Assembly: GCA_000091205.1 (NCBI GenBank) | Contig: AP006495.2 | DNA length: 64,000 nucleotides | Source: Cyanidioschyzon merolae | Lineage: Eukaryota | Strand: one strand, 5' to 3' | Part shown: positions 20,406 through 31,073 of the stretch, in pieces | Position numbering within the stretch: position 1 is the first letter of the stretch | Layout: each line of letters starts with the position of its first letter | Notes under the pieces: generated by a model | Told to the model about the DNA's origin: nothing | The model's input: the letters and a program-made list of their open reading frames with translations, nothing else | Database searches by the model: none | Made by a program: the position numbers and the translations under genes

Positions 20406-22703
20406 TCAGCTCGATGATGGGGCAAACTTCGCACGAACCAGCAAGAAACGCCGTTCTAAAGTAGAACGTCGTCGGCGGTGTACAGTAGTAGCGACCGGTG
20501 CGCCTTGGACACCAAGTCGCCTACTGACGTGCAGACGCTTCCTAGGCTTTTTCGACCGGCCGCCTACTACTGCTTCCAATTGTGTCTCATATAGTAAAAC
20601 CTTAAGAGGTTGTCCAACAAAATTCTCGCGTGTCATCTCTGGAGGTCTCGTCTCCAACACCGCACATCTCCTTATATTGATGGCGGTAATAAAATCTCGG
20701 TTCACAAAATCCATCCGTTTCGTGCCGTTGGGAGTTGTACTTACTAATGCAAGCAGTCCACGAACTTTCGCTCTCCTTTCCATTTGCTCTTCCGTCAGCT
20801 GTCTATACTTTGCTATATCCTCAGGGCTCCTCTGGCACTTTTCCATCTCGACTCTCTGAAGTGTTAACCCCTGTTCATGGTGTGTGTGCTATGTTCGAAA
20901 CTCAACTACAGGTATCGTAACGAAACGCCTTGCACACTCCTTGTACATTCTTGTCGTTGGAGCTGGTGTAGTGCCTTTCTTGGGCACCCATCGTCCTGCT
21001 CCGTACGCTACGACGAGCCTCTGACTTTCCTCCTCCTTCAGGGCGCTCAACTCATTCAAAAAATTCGCGAACGCCCGCTGCCTCCCACCGTATAGATTCA
21101 TTCGCAAACGAGCCCACGGGGGTTGGTATACTCCTCCCATAGCGCATCCCGGTGCGCCATATGCGAACTTCCATGAATTTCCGGACAGCTCCAAAGTCCG
21201 CTCCTCGGCTCGTCACCTTACTCAAAGCTTCCGGGCGATCCTTCATTCCTGCATTCCGTTTCTCGATTTTCTTCCTCGCATTCATGATTCCCGATTCTCG
21301 ATAGTATCTCGCTCTCGAGATCCTCAAAAAAGACGCATGTCTTTCTGACGCAAGTTACCATCAGCACCATCTTCCGTACGCTTCGGTGCTACGATGGTTA
21401 TGATATTCGTATTCCCAGGGTCCGCGCCAACGACAAGGTCGTTATCCTGCACTTTCTGCGCGGCAGGATCCTCCTCCTTCTCATCTTTATGCATCGCCGC
21501 GCCAACGACAAAGTCGTTAGCTTGCACCTCCTGCGTCGCAGCATCCTCCTCTTTGTTTTCTTCATGCTTCGCCGCGCCAACGACAAGGTCGTTATCCTGC
21601 GCTTTCTGTGTCGCGGGACCCGCCTCTTTGTTTTCTTCATGCTTCGTGACGGGCGCAGCCGATGGAGGGACTGGACGATCTTTCTTCAACCTCCGATAGT
21701 GCACACACATGGCTACTCCATCGGGTTCGATCAACCCAGTGAATACCTTTTGTTTGCTCACTTTCAGACGTTTGAAATCGAAGATGCTCATCCAGTACGT
21801 CTCCCGGTTTCCGCCGGTGAAGTCCTCCCTGCTAACATCGAACTCCGGACAGATATCCCTCGTGATGCCGTAAAGGATTCTGGAGTTGATAGTCACAAAA
21901 TGTGACTTGATCTTGCACATTGGAACCACGTTGAAGTGCTTCCCCATTAGGACAGCCTTCCGTCTCTCCCACTCTTCCTTTGACTCTTCACTCAGCTTCA
22001 TCTCCGCTTTGCGTTCGAGCTCTCGGTCCAGAAACACAAAATAGCGCAGAACGAGGCGATCGTATCTTTCCCTATCTTTTTTCAACGCTGATATCTTGTC
22101 TGTTGGATTCGCCAGCCCCAGTACCGTACGATGCTCTTCGATAACCGCACGGATGACGGAATTCTCATTCGTGCTCTGGTTTGACTCCTTGTTGTCAACG
22201 AATTCGACCTCATTTCCATAGTTTCGATCGTTCGTGATGCCATTGATAATCGCCCATATTCCTTTGCGAGACAGGCCCCGGTAGAGTGCAAACACGGCGC
22301 GTATCATGAAACGTTCGAGGTTCATTCTGAAATGGTTCTTCAGATTCGTCAGGTACTTCATCGCCCCATATGTGTAGATATCCGCGTCACCCCTGTATTG
22401 GGTACCCTCGAAGAGGAATTCCGCGAAGTTTTCGTGGAGGACTTTCACCCGCTCATTTTCCCTCCGCGCTTCCTCTGTACCAAGCATCAGCTGACGAATA
22501 AAGGTCTTATCGAAAAACTCGTCCGGAATCTCGACCGTTTCCATGTTCGTCACGTAGAGGTACATCTCCTTCACCAAATGCATCAGTCCTGAAGATGCCT
22601 TTATCCTACTCATGGGGTACAACTCGAGAAGGTTTTTGATGGCCTCTCGCAACTTTTCCTTGTACGGATCCTTGATATATTTAAGAACACAGACTTTCAC
22701 CAC
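20406..22703 (-). pseudogene. Family I Fanzor/TnpB-like nuclease gene, copy B. It is near full length, about 640 aa in total, but is split into three reading frames by at least two frameshifts.
   Basis: Frame 1, 22703..21324, is 459 aa with an N-terminal helical region and ends in ...[19 protein letters not shown] (RuvC-I-like GxDPG, with the Asp near 21420). Frame 3, 21194..20889, reads RQRAFANFLNELSALKEEESQRLVVAYGAGRW...YKECARRFVTIPVVEFRT. Frame 4, 20846..20406, reads MEKCQRSPED...KRMDFVNRDFITAINIRRC (RuvC-III-like, 20673..20702). Compared with intact copy A, 14 codons (SYTHHELGCTLQRV) are lost at the 20846/20889 junction. Confidence 0.7.
21420..21644 (-). repeat. 75-nt (25-aa) tandem triplication inside the Fanzor-like ORF, immediately N-terminal to the RuvC-I aspartate.
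   Basis: Protein repeats [50 protein letters not shown] and [25 protein letters not shown]. Only the third unit keeps the Asp of GADPG. Confidence 0.6.
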
Positions 22704-23199
22704 TATCTCGTTGTACAGTTGTCTTTCTTGCCGCCTTCGACGTAGAACCTCCCCCTTTTTGAATCTTCATCACTTCCTGTTCCTCTTTGCTCCGCCTTGT
22801 TTATCTTTTTTTCCGGCAGCGGGTGATATCGGCCCTCCGGGATCCTCCACTTCCATTTCCATGACTTTCCTTTTAATTTTTTGAAAACGAACGCTCTTTG
22901 AACGCTTCTGTTATATACTTCGAAAAAACACTTGAATATACTCAATTGAGGGTCGGAATAGGATGGAACAGAAAACCTATACTTTGCTACGACCTCAACG
23001 CGAATACAACTTTTACAGTAGAATAGCACGCCAATGATCAGGATCACTGTTCCCCTCAAGAGCGACCAGAGCGTCGTGTCTCGTGCCCGCCGGATCTGCC
23101 AGGTGCGCGTGCACGCGCAGCGGCTGACCTGCGCCCCGCCGCCGATCAGGAGATTGCTTCTGGATATGTCTATCTCAAAGCGTGATAACCTGTTGCTGA

Positions 23200-25086
23200 A
23201 TGAACGCTCACCACAATGACTGGACTCCCGATAAAGTATTGGATACAGTGAGGGAATATGTGGACGCTGGAGCACTGTCGGAGTGTGCGGCACTGGACTT
23301 GCTGGAGCGTTTGCCGTTACCGCTGCTGGGCTGGACACTGGAGGAGTACGCGGTGCGGGCGTCGCTCGAGGCTTCAGACAGCGACGCGGTACCATCCGAC
23401 AACATATTTGATTCCGTCCGGGTATTAACGAAAACAATGGAGAAACTGGTCAAGCTCTCTGCAACAAGTGCCCGAGTGCGTCACCTCGTACCTATAGAGC
23501 AGGTGCTCCAGCTCATCCAGCTCGGTCTGAGCAGCCGGTACCCGCTGGTACGCACAGCTGCGCTTCGTCTGCTTTGTCTCCTTCTTGAACGTAATGACTT
23601 GCCTGAAGCGTTTTGTCAGCAAGTTGCAGACACCATTATCGAACGTTTTGAAAGTACGAACGAGCTTCGTCCGGAGATAGAGGCCGCACAAGCGCCAGGT
23701 CCAGAAGTGAACGCTAGCAGCACAACTGCACAGCACGCCAGCGATATCCTGTCACTGGTGCTGCTGAGCTTCCGTGATGATCCATCCACCGAAGCTGCGG
23801 GACTTTGTGAAAAAATCCTGAAGAACCTGGTACAGCTGAAGCCGTTCCGCGGCGCAGTTGTGCTCTTCAGCGAAGCACGAGGCGCGCAAATCCTCGTACA
23901 GGAGATGCTCTCGGGTGCAGCGGGTGCGGTTGCGCATATCCGAGCCTTGAACTTGCTGCTTGAGATCTGCGACTACTCGTCTGTTGCAGAGATTGCCGCA
24001 CGTCGGCTGTTGCCAACCGTGCTTGTAGCCAAAATCGCAGCTCCTGTTCGTTTGGATGAGGACATGCTACTCCGCTTGAACTTGCTGGATGTGCTTGGGG
24101 CTTTTATGCAACGCAGTGCAATAGCAGCCGAGTTGCTCGACCAAATTTCGGTATTCGATGTGCTGCTACGCCAACACCTTGCCTATTTGTTGGCGCCAGA
24201 CGAGCCTGCCTCGAGCGACTTGGCGGAACGCTGGTTTATTTGGATGTGTGGGATTCTGAGGTTCGTGCGCACCAGTGCCGGGTCCAGCCGTTGCGCCTTC
24301 CACGCTTGGATGAACGCCAATCTCGTAGAGATTCTTGGGCGCTTTCTCTTGCTTCACGTGGTAGATGGCGAGACTGAGACAGCACACTGGTCCGTACAAC
24401 TTGATCAAGTTCGTCGGACGACATTGCTGGTGCATCTGATCTCCGCGGTTGGCGCTCTGGGGCTCTGTGAACGCGGCATGGACGTGCTGCTTGCGGACGT
24501 TGACACCTTGAAACTAACGCTTCGTTTCATTCAAACGGCGAGCGTGTGCGATATTCGAGTGGCCTCCTTGCGTGCTTTGAGTGTGTTCCTGGCAGGTCTC
24601 GACGAGCCGCTTTCATCAGCAGCCGTCTCAGGGTACGGAGCCGCCGAATCCGACCTCGAATTTCGGCAGCAAAGGGTGCTGCATCTGTTCACTGATGCGA
24701 TCAGGGATGCGGATCCCGTCAAGGCGTTCACGAATGCACTGCCCATTGTCCTGGACTGTGCACGGCATCCTTCGGAAGAAGAGCGGCTCGCTGCTGCGGC
24801 GGTATTCGCTGCGCTAGGTCTGTCGAGAATCGGAGTTGTCGCGTTGGCTAGTATGGCGGGCTTTGTGGAATGGCTCTGCGACCCGGCGGACGCTTCTCTC
24901 GAGGTCCTGGAAGCTAAGATGCGCGTTGCACGACGCCTAGTTGAGCTGCACGCCAGTGACGGAGAAGTCGCATTCGGTGCGCTGAAATGGTCGCGTATTG
25001 TCGCCGTGGTCTCGAATCGAAGCGATCCTCGAGCTGTGCGTCAGCAGCGCGTGCCTGCTGTCAACATTGCCACTCTGAATCGTTAG
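23200..25086 (+). CDS. Hypothetical Leu-rich all-alpha protein, probably an ARM/HEAT-like repeat protein.
   Basis: 628-codon ORF with regular amphipathic Leu/Ala-rich helices. No catalytic motif is recognised. Confidence 0.4.
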   Translation: MNAHHNDWTPDKVLDTVREYVDAGALSECAALDLLERLPLPLLGWTLEEYAVRASLEASDSDAVPSDNIFDSVRVLTKTMEKLVKLSATSARVRHLVPIEQVLQLIQLGLSSRYPLVRTAALRLLCLLLERNDLPEAFCQQVADTIIERFESTNELRPEIEAAQAPGPEVNASSTTAQHASDILSLVLLSFRDDPSTEAAGLCEKILKNLVQLKPFRGAVVLFSEARGAQILVQEMLSGAAGAVAHIRALNLLLEICDYSSVAEIAARRLLPTVLVAKIAAPVRLDEDMLLRLNLLDVLGAFMQRSAIAAELLDQISVFDVLLRQHLAYLLAPDEPASSDLAERWFIWMCGILRFVRTSAGSSRCAFHAWMNANLVEILGRFLLLHVVDGETETAHWSVQLDQVRRTTLLVHLISAVGALGLCERGMDVLLADVDTLKLTLRFIQTASVCDIRVASLRALSVFLAGLDEPLSSAAVSGYGAAESDLEFRQQRVLHLFTDAIRDADPVKAFTNALPIVLDCARHPSEEERLAAAAVFAALGLSRIGVVALASMAGFVEWLCDPADASLEVLEAKMRVARRLVELHASDGEVAFGALKWSRIVAVVSNRSDPRAVRQQRVPAVNIATLNR

Positions 25087-25569
25087 ACCAAGGGCAACAT
25101 CCGCGATCGACACAGCGCTCTGCAAGTTGAGCGCGACTCGTGTGCTTGCCAATGACCGGGCTTGGAGTCGCAGCGGAACCTGCTCCTCAGCTATCAGGTG
25201 CCGTGGACCTGGTCGGGATCGGTAGCATCTACACTCGTGCAGTCCAAGCGTCAGACAGCACCGTGCTGAAAACAAACGCCTACTTGGCGCGCTTGTACGA
25301 CAGGACGCTGTGCAGAAGCATGTTTGGTGTCGTTTTCGACGATCTGAGGATCGATGCAAGGTGCGTCTTCGAGGAAGGCATGCTCGGACGGCAAAACTTG
25401 GGTACCAAGGGCACTTCGATGCCTGTTCGCATCGATCGCTGGTATGCTGCGTATCTGGTAGAGGCGAATACCGTACATAGAGGTACGCGCTCGTGCGTCC
25501 GTTCACCGTCTCGATCCGCTGCTGGTACGCGGCTGCGTTAGAATTTCGAGTACCCGACGCTGTTACGAC

Positions 25570-27000
25570 GTAGAGGCGCTTCTGTTGATAGTCTTTCAAC
25601 TCAATTTTGTTTCATCGCGGCTACGGTATATAGGAGGAGGACGAAATCACTAGGTAATGTTCTGTATAGATTGTCGACGAATTGCATACGGCATATGTAT
25701 TCTTCACTGAACAATGCAATGATGATTGCATTGCTCCTCGATGTCAACCATACTGCTATACTCAGATGCTTGACGAGCACTGAAAGAAACAAGTATATGC
25801 GCTCCGGGCCGAAACCTGATATTCTCAAAGCCTGCTTGCAATCAGTGATAGAAAACGACCAGTTGATCAATTTAAGGGAAGCAAATGCGTCCATAGTAGC
25901 CACCACGGGCGTCTCTGTTTCTCAACAGCTTATTCGCGTGATCCTGAAAACACCGGGATCCAATCGCAATAAAGTGCTAGTTCATTCACGGCCAGCTTCC
26001 ACCGAAATCGCAGGCACGGTGTTCCTGGAACGTCGCGATCGGTATGAAGCACAGGAACATCAGTTTGTTTTCTCACTCGATGAGACTTGCTTCAAACGAG
26101 ACAATCGCAGTGCAGATGAATACTTGCTGAGCGGGAGCCCGTTGCACGTACGCTCGAAATCGTAGAGAACGTCGACATCATCATCTGTTCTAGCTGCGGT
26201 GGATTCATTTGGCTGCCTCAGTTCCGCTGAAGAGAACACTCATGCAGCAGCGCCCTCTTTTTGTCGAGTCATCGAAGACTTGTCCCAAACGTCTGGTGAA
26301 GTCCTTCTATTGGACATAGTGGTATTTAGCCATTCTGCTTCAGTTCGAGCATTTGCCAATTCTATCGACGGGTAGAGCTGGTTTCATTCCTTCTTCTCAC
26401 CTGTGTTTCATTCCCATAGAAGGAGAGTTTTGCGTCCTGAATCGTCACGACCGCTCCACCGGGCGAATAGATGAAGCGTTCAGCACATGGTGACCAACCG
26501 GGGCACATTTGGTCTTTATTCCGCATGTGCTGCTCGATGCGGGAAGGTCGTCATCTCAGGCTATAAACAAGTGCGTTCATTTTCGAAAAATCTAAGGGAC
26601 GAGCTGGAATATACACCCTAGGATGTTGAGTTGGAGCGAGGCCAGCGGAGCGTTTCGTCGACGGATCAGCACGAAGAGCTGACAGAGCACCCAATGGCAC
26701 AGCGTGCACGAGTTCGTGGTCTCCTATCATTGGTGAGATCAACCAGCGGCAACAAACGCATGGAGTCCATGAACCGAGACCTCAACGCTGGTATCAATAT
26801 CAGGAGATGCTTGTGCTGAATGCGAGGCACGCAGCGCTGCGGCAAGCTAACTTTGTTGGGCAGCCTCACAGCGTCGGAGTGTATATGGAGAAACTGAAAC
26901 CGATACCAGAACCCTGTAAGAAAAGGCTGAGAGACGTCTGCGGGTGGATATTCATTTACACGATATTGTGGCGAAACGGGTTTGCTGCACTGACGTAACG
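25570..27000 (+). mobile_element. Family I composite element, copy C. An IS630/Tc1/mariner-like transposase N-terminal fragment is fused to an internally deleted Fanzor 3' module.
   Basis: ORF 25671..26165 reads ...GPKPDILKACLQSVIENDQLINLREANASIVATTGVSVSQQLIRVILKTPG...RRDRYEAQEHQFVFSLDETCF, an HTH followed by the first DDE-type Asp context. ORF 26631..26819 reads ...KRMESMNRDLNAGINIRRC (26772..26801). The 3' conserved block 26938..26995 ends ...TTGCTGCACTGAC and is truncated. The whole copy is collinear with copy F at nucleotide level. Confidence 0.6.
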
Positions 27001-27106
27001 TTGTTCGCTTCGGCATTCGCGCTGTTATCTGCTCCCGAGCAAACCGCGAAAAGCAGGCAAAATCCCCTGGTTGCACGCCTGCAGCCAACTTAAGTGGTGA
27101 ACATAG

Positions 27107-27424
27107 ATGCCGAAGGCTGCTCTGGACAGACGGATAGTTCCAGAGCAGTTGTTAGCAACGCTGGCGCGCCAACAAGCCCGCGTTGAGGTCTGGTTATTCG
27201 AAAACACCAGGTACTCTCTGGAAGGCACCTTGCGCGGCTTCGACGAACACACCAATCTAGTTCTGGTCGACACCGTGGAGCAGTGGGGAAGTACTGCAAA
27301 GCATAAGCGGCGGACGGTTGCTCTAGGGACGATCCTCCTCAAAGGCGAAAACGTCGTCCTCGTTCGGTCGCTGGGGATGCCAACCCAGCGAAAAGAGGTC
27401 ACGCACAGCGCGACTCGGGAGTGA
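27107..27424 (+). CDS. Small nuclear ribonucleoprotein Sm E (SNRPE-like Sm-fold protein).
   Basis: Sm1 and Sm2 motifs: RVEVWLFENTRYSLEGTLRGFDEHTNLVLVDTVE...RTVALGTILLKGENVVLV. These align closely with SmE, which reads [29 protein letters not shown]...LGRIMLKGDNITLL. Confidence 0.8.
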   Translation: MPKAALDRRIVPEQLLATLARQQARVEVWLFENTRYSLEGTLRGFDEHTNLVLVDTVEQWGSTAKHKRRTVALGTILLKGENVVLVRSLGMPTQRKEVTHSATRE

Positions 27425-28148
27425 GGAGCCCCAAAGCTATGATCCTGGAAACTTTGCGTAAGTTTCCCGCAGACTAGGTTTGGGTGTACCGCGTGAGCCA
27501 GCGGATGGCGATAGAGAACAGCGCTGGTGCACGTTGCAGGACGCACCGGCAACTCGGCGTCTTAAACGAGAGTCGTCGCTACTAGGGAAGTGCCTAGTTC
27601 GTCTGCCTATCTCTGATGAGTTTTGCCTTTACATGCTCGTCGCACTGAACAGAGATATGAAAAATGATGATGCCCAGCTGGAGGTTTGGGCGCAGCACGA
27701 GCGAGCGGCTCCTTCCTCAGTTGAGGTTACTACCGGAAGTTCCCGCTACGGGAACAAAACACGATGCCGTGTGCGTTCTTGCGAATGGGTTGCTGGTATG
27801 AGACAGTCAAAGCATCTCGGTGGACGACGTGTACCAGCAATGCACCAGGCTACCAATCAAAATTGCCCATATGACAAATCCAAGATATGCACACGATTCG
27901 TCACCGATGACGAAGTTCTTTGCTCAGGATATGGAGGCTGCTCACAGGTGACTCGTCTATCTTCCAGACCGTTCTGCGCAGCCCAGACCCTCAATCAATC
28001 CAGATCGATCACGTTGCATTCTTTGTGCCGTTCGCGTTCAACACGCAACACTGCATTGTTTTCGATCCTCAATCGATCAAAATGGATAAAAAATTCCGTT
28101 CTTTGCGTTCTGCAGGTAATCAGTTCACCAGCGAATTCGGCAACTTTT

Positions 28149-29192
28149 CTACATCGAATCAATGCGCGCAGACGGACCCACCTGGTCCTTCATGATCCGA
28201 TACCATTGAACGATCTCCGGCACATTGGCCGCGAGCTCATGAAACGCTGTGAAACCCTCGATGCTGCGAAGGACGCCAAACATGGCCAGGTCTGCAGCAC
28301 ATGGTCGTGCACCTCCCAGAAAACGACGTTCTGGCCAACCGACAGCCTGGAGCCAGTCACGACATGCATCATAGAGTGCTTGGCGCTCATCGACGATATG
28401 ATACTTCTTCTTGAGGCGGCGACTCACAAAATACATGGCCGCAGCACCCACGTAGCGAATCGTGAAGCGCTGCCACGGCGAGAATTTCTCCTTTTCCGTG
28501 ATGTAGTCAAACGTTTCCAGCGCCTCATGACGGGTGCGGTATATATTTGGTGGTAAGGTGTGCACAAACCAGGAGTCGATCCAGTCGAACCATTGCGTGT
28601 TTAACGGACGGTCCGGGTCCGTGATGCGCGCCAGTGCTTTGATAATAGCAGCAGAGTCGTTGAGTTGTGTGCCATTCACCACCAGAATGGGTACTTTGCG
28701 ATAGGAGCTGAATTTTAGCTCCTTCTTGCCTACTGGATTCACCTCGACAACCTTGTACGGTATTCGCCAATAGTCCAGATAGGCCCGGAGTTTATTGCAG
28801 AATGGACATGTTTCATATTGGTAAAGCACGATGTCGGCCTTGCGCAGCTCTGCAAGCGAGTCAGGCAGTTGTTTCCACAGTATTGTTGCCGGTTCCGCTG
28901 CATCGCTCAAGGGTGCAACTTTTTCCGTAGCAGCCGTGAAGTTGTGTGTACTTTCTAGCGAGGTGGACGCCTCAGCGTAGCAGAGCCACGGTCGCCATTC
29001 CGGGCGTTGAACGCTCGCTAAGCTCGCCGCGATGACGGCTGCACACGTGCTCCATACCGTGACTGGCCTCCAGTGTGATCGACTTTCCGACCCAGAGAGG
29101 CGACCAGGAAAGGATCGCAGCCTCACGATCCCGAGCGCGTTGCGGCTCCCGTGCCGTATCGTTTGGCTCCAACGCTGCAACAATAGCCGCAT
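28149..29192 (-). CDS. Prostaglandin E synthase 2-like protein (a Grx/GST-fold protein with a CPFC motif), with an N-terminal presequence-like extension.
   Basis: LYQYETCPFCNKLRAYLDYWRIPYKVVEVNPVGKKELKFSSYRKVPILV, then DWLVH.LPPNIYRT..EALETFDYI..GAAAMYFVSRRLKKK, and ...FLGGARPCAADLAMFGVLRS. This is collinear with PTGES2. Confidence 0.8.
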   Translation of the reverse strand: MRLLLQRWSQTIRHGSRNALGIVRLRSFPGRLSGSESRSHWRPVTVWSTCAAVIAASLASVQRPEWRPWLCYAEASTSLESTHNFTAATEKVAPLSDAAEPATILWKQLPDSLAELRKADIVLYQYETCPFCNKLRAYLDYWRIPYKVVEVNPVGKKELKFSSYRKVPILVVNGTQLNDSAAIIKALARITDPDRPLNTQWFDWIDSWFVHTLPPNIYRTRHEALETFDYITEKEKFSPWQRFTIRYVGAAAMYFVSRRLKKKYHIVDERQALYDACRDWLQAVGWPERRFLGGARPCAADLAMFGVLRSIEGFTAFHELAANVPEIVQWYRIMKDQVGPSARIDSM

Positions 29193-29699
29193 GCTGAGTT
29201 TACTCGTTGCAACAACACCAGTTCGGCGATAGAACGCTTGCCCAAAGCGTCGTTTTCAGCGAATCTTCTTTCGCTGCAACAGGCAGCAAATCCTGCTCCA
29301 AGCGAAAAAGCGCTTTCCTCCGCTTTTAAAGCAGCAGGCTGCGTGCAACTGTCGAACTAGAACCGTGCCGTTCAAGCTGTCGCTTGGAAACCTGTTTCGA
29401 TTCCCTACCGCAATCAGGTCTCTGCTATACCGAACAACATCCTGAAGCACTGTGTGAATAGCGCTCTCCTCCCAAAACGTTGTGATGATGCGGCGCGCCG
29501 GCGAAGGCTGCCACAATGCGGGCTCCACCCAGGGTCTTCTCACCGAGTAGCAGCAGTGTTCGGCTACGCGTTGTCTAGCACTGGTGGTGCTGTTGCGTTA
29601 AAACCAGGGTGACTCTTGGGCAGAGCAAAAAGCCTTCATCGCATAGAGATTACTTTTTACGCGTTCAGAGAGTCGCGTTCGTGTGCTTTCCCGCTAAGC

Positions 29700-31073
29700 A
29701 TGGCATCCATCACGACGGTGGCTGCTGCTGCTGTGGGCGCCGCACTGCCGTCGAACAACCACGAACAGGACGATGAGGATCGGGCGGTAACCATGTTCCG
29801 CATTAAAAAACTGCTCAAAGGCTTGGAGGCAGCACGTGGTAACGGCACGTCCATGATTTCGTTACTGATTCCACCGGGCGACCAAGTTGCAAAGGTTGGA
29901 AAACTTCTCGCAGACGAAGCGGGAACAGCCTCCAACATCAAGTCCCGTGTCAACCGACTTTCCGTGTTGTCTGCTATCACATCTACGCAACAGCGCCTTA
30001 AGCTCTACAACAAAGTTCCACCGAACGGTCTAGCAATCTACTGTGGGACTGTTCTAACGGACAAGGGCGAGAAACAAGTGACCATCGACTTCGAGCCACA
30101 CAAGCCGATCAACACGTCGTTGTATTATTGCGACTCGCGGTTCCACGTAGAACCACTGATGAATCTGCTTGAAGATGATGAAAAGTTCGGGTTCATCATT
30201 ATCGACGGGAATGGGGCGCTTTTCGCTGTACTTTCGGGGAACACGCGCGAGATTCTGCATCGTTTCACGGTCGATTTGCCGAAGAAGCATGGTCGAGGTG
30301 GTCAGTCCGCGCTCCGTTTTGCGCGTCTCCGCATGGAAAAACGGCATAACTATCTACGACGTGTTGGCGAAGATGCGGTGCGGCTCTTTATTCCCGATGG
30401 CGACAAAGTTAATGTGAGCGGCATCGTGCTGGCTGGTTCCGCGGACTTTAAGAATGAGCTCGCACGCAGCGACCTGTTCGACCCCCGTCTACAGGCCAAA
30501 GTGATCGCGGTCGTAGATATCAGCTATGGCGGTGAGGTTGGTCTCAATCAAGCGATTGAACTGGCTGCTGACAGTCTGTCAAACGTGAAATATGTACGTG
30601 AGAAGCGGCTTTTGAAGGAATTTTATGACCAGATCGCACTGGATACTGGAAAATATTGCTACGGGGTCGACGATACCATGAAGGCGCTGGAAATGGGCGC
30701 AGTGGAGAAATTAATTGTCTGGGAGAACCTCGAGTATGAGCGTGTTGTCTTGATGAACCCGCAGTCGGGCGAAGAGACTGTGCGGATCGTTCAGAAGGAG
30801 AAGCTGGATCAGTTGGCGAGTGATACGGCCAAGGACGGCGGACCAGACATGGAAATCAAAGAGTCAGAGTCCCTGGTGGACTGGCTCGCGCAAAACTACA
30901 AGCGATTTGGAGCACATCTGGACTTGGTGACAGATCGAACCGCAGAGGGCAGTCAGTTCGTGAAAGGTTTTGGTGGCATTGGAGGTATTCTGCGATACCA
31001 AATCGATATCGCATCACTAGACCAGGAAGAAGATGATGAATCTGATTTGGATGAAGATGACTGGGCGCTGTAA
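29700..31073 (+). CDS. Eukaryotic peptide chain release factor subunit 1 (eRF1).
   Basis: N-domain [27 protein letters not shown] and [28 protein letters not shown] motif [15 protein letters not shown]. Acidic C-terminal tail. The ORF is open from 29616, but the Met at 29700 (MASITT...) is chosen as the likely start. Confidence 0.9.
   Translation: MASITTVAAAAVGAALPSNNHEQDDEDRAVTMFRIKKLLKGLEAARGNGTSMISLLIPPGDQVAKVGKLLADEAGTASNIKSRVNRLSVLSAITSTQQRLKLYNKVPPNGLAIYCGTVLTDKGEKQVTIDFEPHKPINTSLYYCDSRFHVEPLMNLLEDDEKFGFIIIDGNGALFAVLSGNTREILHRFTVDLPKKHGRGGQSALRFARLRMEKRHNYLRRVGEDAVRLFIPDGDKVNVSGIVLAGSADFKNELARSDLFDPRLQAKVIAVVDISYGGEVGLNQAIELAADSLSNVKYVREKRLLKEFYDQIALDTGKYCYGVDDTMKALEMGAVEKLIVWENLEYERVVLMNPQSGEETVRIVQKEKLDQLASDTAKDGGPDMEIKESESLVDWLAQNYKRFGAHLDLVTDRTAEGSQFVKGFGGIGGILRYQIDIASLDQEEDDESDLDEDDWAL

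Larger units (their letters stand above)
20386..23050 (-). mobile_element. Family I element, copy B, whole element including about 350 bp of AT-rich 5' flank and a 3' non-coding tail. Boundaries are approximate.
   Basis: Homology with copy A extends from the RuvC-II region to about 230 nt past the stop codon. The region is lower in GC than the surroundings. Confidence 0.55.

Noticed and set aside
22703-23437. 244-codon minus-strand ORF
   Set aside because: It spans the AT-rich 5' flank of element copy B and overlaps the start of the 23200 gene on the other strand. The translation is low-complexity with no motif, so it is probably non-coding.
26551-26742. Short minus-strand ORFs recurring antisense to the RuvC-III regions (also 56936..57130 and 9434..9619)
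   Set aside because: They recur only because the underlying nucleotide repeat recurs. They are antisense frames of the nuclease C-terminus with no motif of their own.
27480-28556. 358-codon plus-strand ORF
   Set aside because: It lies antisense to, and largely overlaps, the well-supported PTGES2-like gene at 28149..29192 on the minus strand. It has no motifs and is treated as a shadow ORF.
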